A stretch of 31,933 nucleotides of DNA. Source: Tubiluchus corallicola. Its lineage: Eukaryota; Animalia; Priapulida. Both the position numbers and the translations under genes were made by a program. The notes below the pieces were generated by a model. The model worked only from the letters and a program-made list of their open reading frames with translations. It did no database searches and was not told the DNA's origin. The stretch spans positions 1 through 31,933 of the forward strand of contig JAQGDQ010001629.1 of the NCBI GenBank assembly GCA_030141605.1. The letters run 5' to 3'. Of the stretch, positions 22,987-31,933 are shown piece after piece. Numbering within the stretch: position 1 is the stretch's first letter; each line of letters opens with the position of its first letter.

Positions 22987-24244
22987 CAAGGCCGGAATTA
23001 CCAGTACGCATAGTAGGCCAATGGCCGAGGGCACACGGGTATGTAGGGGCCCATCAAAACATTGCGCAGTGTGCCAACGTATAACATTGTTTATACCTGG
23101 TATTTCGTTATATATTGTATTTAAAACCATTAGGGCCATCGTACAATATATATGTTGGATAGTGAAACATGCCAACATTTCTATAAACTTAGGGATCCCA
23201 GTGATAAGTTTGTCCTAGGGCTCACGAGTAGGCCCCACTGATAAGTTTGTCCTAGGGCCCACGAGTAGGCCACACTGATAAGTTTGTCCTTGGGGCCACA
23301 AGTATGCCCCACTGATAAGTTTGTCCTAGGGCCCACAAGTAAGCCCCACTGATAAGTTTGTCCTAGGGCCCACAAGTATGCCCCACTGATAAGTTTGTCC
23401 TAGGGCCCACAAGTAGGCCCCACTGATAAGTTTGTCCTAGGGGCCACGAGTAGGCCCCACTGATAAGTTTGTCCTAGGGCCCACAAATAGGCCCCACTGA
23501 TAAGTTTGTCCTTGGGGCCACAAGTATGCCCCACTGATAAGTTTGTCCTAGGGCCCACAAGTATGCCCCACTGATAAGTTTGTCCTAGGGCCCACAAGTA
23601 GGCCCCACTGATAAGTTTGTCCTAGGGCCCACAAGTAGGCCCCACTGATAAGCTTGTCCTAGGGCCCACAAGTAGGCCCCACTGATAAGTTTGCCCTAGG
23701 GGCCACAAGTAGGCCCCACTGATAAGTTTGTCCTAGGGCCCACAAGTAGGCCCCACTGATAAGTTTGTCCTAGGGCCCACAAGTAGGCCCCACTGATAAG
23801 TTTGCCCTAGGGGCCACAAGTAGGCCCCACTGATAAGTTTGCCCTAGGGGCCACAAGTAGGCCCACTGATAAGTTTGTCCTAGGGCCCACGAGTAGGCCA
23901 CACTGATAAGTTTATCCTAGAGCCCACAAGTAGGCCCCACTGATAAGTTTGTCCTAGGGCCCACAAGTAGGCACCACTGATAAGTTTATCCTAGGGCCCA
24001 CAAGTAGGCCCCACTGATAAGTTTATCCTAGAGCCCACAAGTAGGCCCCACTGATAAGTTTGTCCTAGGGCCCACAAGTATGTCCCACTGATAAGTTTGT
24101 CCTAGGGCCCACAAGTAGGCCCCACTGATAAGCTTGTCCTAGGGTCCACAAGTAGGCCCCACTGACAAGTTTGTCCTAGGGTCCACAAGTAGGCCCCACT
24201 GATAAGCTTGTCCTAGGGCCCACAAGTAGGCAAATATGGTCCCA
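22987..24244 (+). mobile_element. Degenerate hAT-like MITE containing the 37 bp array
   Basis: Left end CAAGGCCGGAATTACC...TAGGCC...GAGGGCACAC resembles CAGGGCCGGATTTA-type hAT ends. Right end GGCAAATATGGTCCCA is a decayed inverse. TSD not convincing. Confidence 0.45.
23196..24230. repeat. 37 bp minisatellite, ~28 copies
   Basis: Unit CCCCACTGATAAGTTTGTCCTAGGGCCCACAAGTAGG. Confidence 0.97.
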
Positions 24245-24729
24245 ATGTATGCTGAAGGTTATAAGTACCACCATGCTGTACTTCCTGGAACTGGCTAATA
24301 TGAGTAGGTTTGACATGCAAGGTGATTCAGACCTCTTTCTTTCCTTTCTTTCCTCTCATTCTGTTGTTCAATATTTTGCACCCCATCGTAATGTTGAGAG
24401 AAACGGCGGTCTCTCAATGGTAATTTATTCTCAGTGTTTTCTCTGCTGTAGATCCATCCGTTCAAAGCGTTTAGCATTACTAACACGGTTTACTAAATCT
24501 CTGTGCTTCAATAGGTTTTCATAGATCTTGACAAGGATACGTGTTTGACAGGTTCTTCGATTGTTTATTGTTTTGCTTTGATGGGATTGGGTTCCAATGC
24601 CGTTCTTTAATATCACCCATTGTCTCTCATTGTCTAACCTAATAGAATTGAATTTTTAATCATCAGCAGAGAAATATCGTTTGGTGAAAACACTTCAAAC
24701 TCCTGAAATATTTCTTTGCAAATAATTCT

Positions 24730-25095
24730 CGATTTCATGCAGCTTCTATAATGGGTTATAACTTGTTATCTATTTGTAACGAGTACAAAACTTTTTACAC
24801 AATGAAAATTTTCTTTCTAAAGTTTTTCTTGTACATTAGATGTAAGAGGTAATGCTAGTGATGAACAAATAAGGACTGTAAATTTCATTAAAGAAGTTAT
24901 ACGGGCTCTAGAGCGTAATTGTTTTGATTTTTTGACAGGAATGAGTTTGTACGTCACACTAACATATCTTACTCTCACTTAACTGTATAAATTCACATTG
25001 TTTACTAATCTTGTTAATTAATGTTATTTTGTTTGTTGATCTGTAATTGTTTATTTGATGTGTTTGTACCACGAGTACAAATAAACATGATATAT
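24730..25095 (+). mobile_element. Decayed non-LTR retrotransposon 3' end (CR1/L2-group-like)
   Basis: Coding-like remnants (SIMGYNLLSICNEYK; EQIRTVNFIKEVIRALER), T-rich UTR, AATAAA, then a microsatellite tail; the terminus recurs at 10885-10952. Confidence 0.45.
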
Positions 25096-25340
25096 CTATA
25101 TCTATGTCTATGTCTATGTCTATGTCTATGTCTATGTCTATGTCTATGTCTATGTCTATGTCTATGTCTATGTCTATGTCTATGTCTATGTCTATGTCTA
25201 TGTCTATGTCTATGTCTATGTCTATGTCTATGTCTATGTCTATGTCTATGTCTATGTCTATGTCTATGTCTATGTCTATGTCTATGTCTATGTCTATGTC
25301 TATGTCTATGTCTATGTCTATGTCTATGTCTATGTCTATG

Positions 25341-25437
<97 letters not shown>

Positions 25438-25442
25438 ATATA
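25091..25442. repeat. (ATGTCT)n followed by (ATCT)n microsatellite
   Basis: About 40 perfect hexamers, then ~24 tetramers. Confidence 0.97.
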
Positions 25443-25584
25443 TGTATACAAGCATGGACAAATTATTTTGACAAGAAATTCGTTCAATTTGGCTAAAAAG
25501 TTATGTAATTGGTCTTTTTCTATGACATACACTAAGTTGTTCTGCATGCTAAACTTAAAGAATTACATCTGGATTTTGGCACAC

Positions 25585-25640
25585 CCCAAAAATGACGCCC
25601 TAGGCAAGAGCCTAGTTTGCTTAGTGGTAGAGGGCCCCGG
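25585..25640 (+). mobile_element. hAT-like MITE terminal fragment
   Basis: CGCCCTAGGCAAGAGCCTAGTTTGCTTAGTGGTAGAGGGCCCCG resembles hAT MITE right ends (recalled motif). Confidence 0.35.
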
Positions 25641-25902
25641 GAAGGAAAAGCTATTATGTAACAGGATCAATGCTACTTTTGCCTTTTTAGAATAGTCAGA
25701 AGTCGAGGGAAGTTACAGAATCTCAAGTTGATGAGCAACAAATTTGTTAATTGTATAATGACCTTGAAAAAAGCTGTTGCGTGATAGATACATAGTTACT
25801 TCTGCTTTACTCTGAAAAGTAACTGGTATAAAAACTGTAGATAGTTTCTTCGTAGGTATGAAGTTCGTTTGCCATTGTAAAGATGCTATTCTCTTCTAAC
25901 AG

Positions 25903-26107
25903 AAGTTAAGCAGATTGTTTTCCTGTGGCTCACTGCATGGGCGATCAGGTGCAAATCTTTGCTAGGACACGTTTTCTTTTGATGGTATAATCTTGGAACT
26001 TTCTATTGTACGTTCTCCTTGTCATAAGTTAAGCAGATTGTTTTCCTGTTGCTTAGTGCATGGGTGATCAGGACACGTTTTCTTTTGATGGTATAATCTT
26101 GGAACTT
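25903..26107 (+). repeat. Local duplication with faint 5S-like boxes
   Basis: 25903-26001 resembles 26026-26107; both carry AAGTTAAGCAG...GCATGGG(C/T)GATC at 5S box A/box C-like spacing. Confidence 0.6.
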
Positions 26108-26192
26108 AAGATAAATGTGAAATACGTTTCCATTGGCCTTTCCATCGTGGTAGATTCTCGACAGTGGATTTAGTATTATAGTAACGAGGACC

Positions 26193-26516
26193 TGTTAAAC
26201 TATGTTAAAAGCGTTAGATTATGATAGATAATTATGTTGATGAATGTTGACATGAAGCCAGTTAAGGAATGGTGTCACGTGAATAAGTGATTCAGAACCG
26301 AAGCTGGGCGCACGATAGATAAGCCTTGTGATGCGCCCAGCTCTGGGGATTGAGTCTGGGAGCTGAAGGAGAGCAAGCTAGATCAGGGGGCTTGGCATTA
26401 CTATCTGTTATATTTATTGTGTTTGATGTTCAATAAACGTGTAGTTTTATAATCAGACTCTTCATAGTTTTGCCATCCCTAAAACACCAATAATCAGCTT
26501 CACACAACCAATACAA
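26193..26516 (+). mobile_element. Possible solo LTR
   Basis: TGTT start, inverted repeat AGCTGGGCGCA...TGCGCCCAGCT around a TATA-like GATAAG, downstream AATAAA, ACA-rich end. No TSD resolved. Confidence 0.3.
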
Positions 26517-27159
26517 CGAATTATTTTTACTATTATCAAATTTGTTGTAACTTGTGAACTATTTATGTGTTTTTTCTTCTTGTTTGAGTTCCCCGTAATG
26601 GAAGTTTTGCTCTCTGGTATTTTCAGTTTTTCGTAAGGAACTAACTATTCTTTCTGTTGCTTTTAATTTTGTTTGATCTGCGCAGGTGTTTCGCGATGCG
26701 CGGAGTGAGAAGGTGACATTTCCCATAAAAATTCTTGTGCTAAATTCACTGCCTGCACGCGCGCTGTAATTAGTGATAATTATGGCGCGTATGGCTTCCC
26801 GTACACGGCTAATATACAGCATAACTTCCGTCAGAATTTCATCATGTGGGCTGTTTCAATGATTGATATAATGGTGGTGATCGACTATATAAGTGACAAG
26901 GGTTGAGGAAGAGGGCAAGTTGATTGCGTTTCTCTTACACTTAGCATTTTGCGTATAATAATACTTCAATAAAAGCGTGACAGTTTTCAAATAACATGGC
27001 GTTGAAAGTAATAAGGTCTTTGCAAAATAACCTCTCAGCTGTCAGTATTCAAGCCGCCATGTTTGATAAGTATAGATCTGCTAAATACAATTGCTTGCAT
27101 TGCTATGACACGATCATCATAATAATGGATTACTAAATGGTATGATACACGGAACCGTG

Positions 27160-27348
27160 CAGCGGCTAGCGGCTAGCGGCCAGCGTCAAGCGGCCAGCGT
27201 CTAGCGTCCAGTGTGTAGCGTCCAGCGTCTAGCGTCTAGCGTCCAGCGGCTAGCGTCCAGCGGCTAGCGGCTAGCGTTCAGCGTCTAGCATCTATAGCGT
27301 CCAGCGGCTAGCGTCTAGCGGCTAGCGTCCAGCGGCTAGCGTCCTGCG
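27160..27348. repeat. 7 bp minisatellite AGCG(G/T)C(T/C), ~26 copies
   Basis: Directly visible. Confidence 0.93.
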
Positions 27349-27391
27349 TTCACTTGGTAGTGTTAAAACAAAACCGGACCCAACCTTAAAC

Positions 27392-27787
27392 TGTAGGTCA
27401 AAACAATCTACTCTTTAAAATATTGAAAGGAAACACAAAATGAAATACAAAAATTACACTGTACGGAGTTTATTATCAGCACTTATAAAGACGGGGGAAC
27501 CAAATACACACACACAAAAAAATAACTCAGTAACAGCACTACACCCGAGGAGCACCTGTGTCAGAAATCCCGGCTGTAGTGACCTCTACACGCTTTTATA
27601 CTGGCATTCCAGGTCAGCTGGTTTCTCACACCACGTGTAGGCCCAAACAAGACGTCTGGACCTACAAGAAAGGGGTGTGTCGCTGCTGACGTGGAAGCAG
27701 GGCGTGTAGGGGGCCCTACACCTGACCCAACACAGATGCCTCCGTACCAATATGTATATTGGGGAGAATCTCTGTACCAGTGTTATA
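27392..27787 (-). mobile_element. Possible solo LTR
   Basis: Minus strand: TATAACAC (possibly decayed TGTAACAC) start, GC-rich U3-like region, TATAAAAG (27600-27593), AATAAA (27474-27469), T-rich U5-like region, ending CCTACA. TSD not matched. Confidence 0.4.
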
Positions 27788-27890
27788 ATGAATTGTTTGA
27801 TTAAAACCAAATAAAGCTATGTTTAAAATAACCATTTGTAAGTCAAAAGAGCAATGATAGGTCGTGTTTCTCTACTGCGTGTGACGTAAT

Positions 27891-28001
27891 TGTTGTTGTT
27901 GTTGTTCGTCCTTCGTAGTCGAAGAGGACCATGACTTCATTCCGACTTCGTAGGGTGGGTACGGAGGTGGCTTATGACCCCGATTCTTGCTGAGAACCTC
28001 C
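27891..28001 (-). mobile_element. 5'-truncated RTE-clade LINE insertion, 111 bp
   Basis: Minus strand encodes RFSARIGVISHLRTHPTKSE* (RTE C-terminal motif); 3' stem-loop GTCCTCTTCGACTACGAAGGAC; (CAA)n tail; perfect 13 bp TSD CGTGTGACGTAAT at 27878-27890 and 28002-28014. Confidence 0.92.
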
Positions 28002-28424
28002 CGTGTGACGTAATAACACAGCAACGACTAGCAGTTCTCATTATCTTCAGCAAAGCAAGACCCACGGAACCCCTTTTTCCATTCTGATCACGAAAATCAA
28101 TAGTATTATCTTTACTGCTGTATATAACCACTGTCTCGCTAGCTGAAATGTCTTTGGACACGTTCATATCTAATTAGTAGGCAAAGCCGGTTAAGCTCAC
28201 GTAATTACAGAGCGTATAAGAGCATCATCCGGCTGTCCCATTAGCGTTTAGCTTAACCATATCGGCGTGTGTGGCTTCTTTTTCAAATGCAGGGCAATCA
28301 ATGCAGACTTATTGAACGTGAAGCCAGTTAAAGTGAATTGGCAGAGAAGATGAATATGCACAATTGATAGCTGAAAAGATCTGTTAACTTCCGAAGATAT
28401 GTACATAGTAGATATTTCATTGCA

Positions 28425-28775
28425 ATGACGGATGATGATGATGATGATGATGATGATGACGACGAGGACGACGATATGATGATGATGACGATGATGATGA
28501 CGATGATGGTGATGATGATTATGATGATGGTGGTGATGATGATGATTATGATGATGACAGGACAATGCTGACGGTGATGACGACGACGATGATAATAGTG
28601 ACAAGGACGATGTTGATGATGATCACGGCAATGACGACGACGACGACGATGGTAATCGGACAATGGTGACGACGACGACGATGATGATGATATGACAATG
28701 GTGACGGCGACGACCACGACCTTGATGATGATGACAGTATTGGTGATAATAGGGATCATGATAATGATCGTAATG
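28425..28775. repeat. (GAT/GAC)n degenerate trinucleotide repeat
   Basis: Directly visible. Confidence 0.93.
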
Positions 28776-29549
28776 GAAGACGTAAAAGATTTAATATGTA
28801 AAACTGTAAGCTAAAACCGCTTATAATTGTACCATAATAAGAGAAATTATCATTCTACCTCAATTAATTTGTTCCTCTTGTCTAGAATGTACAGCATTGC
28901 CTCTGTGAGGCTCAATTAGGACAGTTACGCGTATAATACAACAATAAATGGCGTCTATTTTGCCCCTAAAATAGGCATGTTCTTTAGGGGTGACTCTAAA
29001 ATTACTGATACATACTCGTGCATCACTGATCAGTAATAGTCATAAACTGACAACTGTAATAATTTAACTACCTTGCTAAATTGCCCGCTAGAGTGCGTCT
29101 TGGCTAATAGGATGTGAATTTATTGTACATAGAGAGTCAATACTGCCGGTAACTAATCAATATGATAGGAAAAATTCCTATTGAGAAGAACTGAAAACAA
29201 ACGAATTTAACAATTCGGCTGTGAATGAATTAGATTGTGATTTAGTTCAATTTACGGACAATTAATTAAAATATTAGCAAATAAAATGATATTATAAATG
29301 CACACACGAAAGGATTTTTTGTTTGTTTTCATTTTAAATCTCCCCCAGTACTGTTCTGACCACACCATTAAGTGACGTCATACACGCACAACGTAAATCA
29401 GGGGAAGAAAAGGAAATGTTAAACTATGTTCTAAAAAACATTTCGCGCAAAGTTATAATACTCAGCATTTCACTTACCTGCTGGAAAGACTTATGTAACT
29501 AGAAAAGAAAATTATTAATTATTTAAAATGTCTTCATTAACTGGTAAAA

Positions 29550-29710
29550 TGTCGTTGACTCACCTCCAGGGTGCACCACTCACTAACCAAGAAATGTATA
29601 TAGACAAGATACGGTAATTTTAAATCTTTTCTTAGTTAGTGACCCGTGTGCTACGAATGCTCTGATTATTTTTTCAAACTTTATTCAGTGTTATCAAAAC
29701 TTGTTTCAAA
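29550..29710 (-). repeat. Dispersed repeat, copy 2 (inverted relative to 16244-16411)
   Basis: Reverse complement aligns with 16244-16411 over ~165 bp. Confidence 0.85.
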
Positions 29711-29776
29711 CGAGTAGAAAAGGGAGTGCCGCTCCGTCTGTTTATGTCATATTGTTGTCCATTGTGCGGCTGTACT

Positions 29777-30359
29777 CGGGCCCACCGAGAGGGGGAGGGT
29801 CAGCCGGGTGGCTCCCGGGGGCCCACAAGCCATACGAGAAAAAACGAGTATCTACCTTAAGCAAGGCAAGCAAAATAAAATTTGTGCTTGAAAACGAAAA
29901 ACCGTCTATAAATAATGTAAAATAATAATGAAATTGTGCTCTAATTTTGTAATTGTATGATCAAGCTGCTTTTAAGTAAGAATAATAATTCCAGGAGTAT
30001 ACGCAATTTATGTAATGTTCATTACTTATTCAGCTGCCTAGGGCACATTAAATTAGTGAAGGTACATTTTACATTTGGTTGTCGATAAACTAATTTGGCT
30101 ATTGTAATTAGTTGATAAAAATGCGTCTATTAATAAATGTAGCAGATCATTATAATTCAGGGTCCAAACATTTCTAAATCACAGTTCAAACAAATAAACA
30201 AGTAGAAAGTTGTTTTCTAAATGATTTTTGTTGTACTGATTCCTTGCTTATGACGCACCGCGGTGGACTTAGTTTGTTACTAGAGAATTACTTAGAGAAT
30301 TGTAGGAAGGGGCCAAGTATCCTTTTGCACTAGGCCCCGACAAGGGCACTAGGGCCCTG
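29777..30359 (+). mobile_element. hAT-like MITE, ~583 bp
   Basis: Left end CGGGCCCACCGAGAGGGGG, right end AGGGCCCTG; 8 bp TSD GCTGTACT (29769-29776) / GTTGTACT (30360-30367), 7 of 8 identical. Confidence 0.7.
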
Positions 30360-30903
30360 GTTGTACTTTTCACGTAGGCCTAATGTAAAAGTTTCTTTTT
30401 GCACTAGGCCCCGACTAGGGCACTAGGGCCCTGGTTGTACTATTCACGTAGGCCTAATGTAAAAGTTTCGTTTTGCACTAGGCCCCGACAAGGGCACTAG
30501 GGCCCTGGTTGTACTATTCACGTAGGCCTAATCTAAAAGTTTCGTTTTGCACTAGGCCCCGACAAGGGCACTAGGGCCCTGGTTGTACTATTCACGTAGG
30601 CCTAATGTACAAGTTTCGTTTTGCACTAGGCCCCGACTAGGGCACTAGGGCCCTGGTTGTACTATTCACGTAGGCCTAATGTAAAAGTTTCGTTTTGCAC
30701 TAGGCCCCGACAAGGGCACTAGGGCCCTGGTTGTACTATACACGTAGGCCTAATGTCCAAGTTTCCTTTTGCATTAGGCCCCGACTAGGGCACTAGGACC
30801 CTGGTTGTACTTTACACGTAGGCCTAATGTCCAAGTATCCTTTTGCACTAGGCCCCGACAAGTGCACTAGGACCCTGGTTGTACTTTACACGTAGGCCTA
30901 ATG
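30313..30903. repeat. 74 bp minisatellite, ~8 copies, spanning the MITE right end
   Basis: Unit TTTTGCACTAGGCCCCGACAAGGGCACTAGGGCCCTGGTTGTACTATTCACGTAGGCCTAATGTAAAAGTTTCG. Confidence 0.96.
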
Positions 30904-30936
30904 CCCGATAAAAGTTGTAATTTACTGTGTGTTGAC

Positions 30937-31601
30937 TTTAGAAAAGTTTTACGTCGAGCATCAGATATGGCAGCAAACATTTATATTACATGATGTCTTA
31001 TTGCTTATCTGGAACATTGATTGCTTGACCTACAAAAAACTGTTTAAACACTTAATGAGCTTGAAAGCCAATGTTATTTTAGTTACTATGGCAGTTTTAA
31101 ATGAGCATTTCAATCTCATGACACCAGATCGTATTTGTGTAAATTAAATGAAACAATGTCAAATTTAGCGATACTGATTTTATTTGCAAGGAGTTATATG
31201 GGACTATTTATTTTCTGCTGATATGCTGATAAATTTTTGTTCTTGGTGGGAAGTAATGATTTGGAAGTAATTAAGGCATTTATTACCGGTAATTATGTTG
31301 AAAAAGCGTTTTTAAGACATGATGAACAATATACTATGTTATGATCATATCATTGAAAATGAGGCCTGATGAATGACAATTTATTTTAAATACTAATCAT
31401 TAAACTTTTCATTAAATAGCTAATATAGCTAACAGAAAGATTTAACAATATTTGTTTAATTAGTAATTGTTTTGTCTGTATATAGTGTCATCTTATTTCA
31501 TAATTGAAATTGTATATATGTGTTGTTTTTTTGTGTATTTCAAAATTGAAATTGTATGTGTTTTTGGCACTAATAAACAAACAAATGAATAGAATGAATA
31601 A
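30937..31601 (+). mobile_element. Decayed non-LTR retrotransposon 3' end (RTEX/CR1-like C-terminus)
   Basis: DKFLFLVGSNDLEVIKAFITGNYVEKAFLRH at 31228-31320; upstream FRKVL and NEHF remnants; T-rich UTR; AATAAA at ~31572 followed by an AAC/GAAT tail. Confidence 0.42.
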
Positions 31602-31676
31602 ATATTTTGAGCGAGTTACTAATGCTTTCGGTAGTGGTGAACTTAAAATAATGTTTTATATTTTATTAACTGACTT

Positions 31677-31850
31677 CTCTTCTTCTTCTTCTTCAATAAA
31701 TCACACGTCCAGGGACATGTTTGCCTCCCTATGCCAGGACTCCCTACACGCTGCAATACCCCAAGTGCATTTATTTCTAAGGATCAATGCTGAAGTGTTT
31801 AAATCTTTCTCTGCAAAATCTAACATAGATAGATTTAGATTTTTTAGATT
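31677..31850 (-). mobile_element. Possible decayed RTE-like 3' end
   Basis: Minus strand reads ...WGIAACRESWHREANMSLDV* (A-x-x-R-x-x-W motif), followed by a (GAA)n tail. Confidence 0.3.
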
Positions 31851-31933
31851 AACTGACTAATTGATTTGTAAATAATGAGCATGCAGTGTAGATCTTCAAG
31901 TTTATTTACTGGCTCTGAATTCAATTCATTCTT

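Noticed and set aside
23196-24230. Hammerhead ribozyme / retrozyme repeat
   Set aside because: The unit has CTGATAAG rather than CTGANGA and lacks a downstream GAAA core. I saw no hammerhead core elsewhere by eye.
25021-25695. Poly-LC and poly-MS ORFs
   Set aside because: Translations of the (ATGTCT)n microsatellite.
28248-28759. His/Ser/Ile-rich ORFs
   Set aside because: Translations of the (GAT)n repeat.

Overview
Repeat-dense, AT-rich animal genomic DNA. The 5S-derived sequences and transposon types suggest an invertebrate, probably a lophotrochozoan (inference). Roughly 40% of the window is tandem repeat by my rough sum: minisatellite arrays with 7, 20, 22, 24, 27, 30, 37, 38, 41, 69, 74, 90/101 and ~95 bp units, plus microsatellites. 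Almost every ORF in the supplied track is an artefact of these repeats, and I found no intact protein-coding gene. Best-supported elements: (1) a ~550 bp SINE at 5792-6339 with a full-length 5S rRNA head, a GC-rich body and an RTE-LINE 3' end (SRIGLLSHSRRC remnant, stem-loop, CAA tail), flanked by a near-perfect target-site duplication; this is the most interesting candidate novelty; (2) a disabled C-type lectin terminal exon (1383-1605) with a frameshifted QPD sugar-binding motif; (3) a 971 bp internally deleted pogo-type transposon with 25 bp TIRs and TA TSD (16607-17577); (4) a 111 bp 5'-truncated RTE insertion with a perfect 13 bp TSD (27891-28001); (5) hAT-, Kolobok- and Helentron-like non-autonomous elements whose ends appear to have seeded minisatellites. 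Family names come from motif recall, not database searches.
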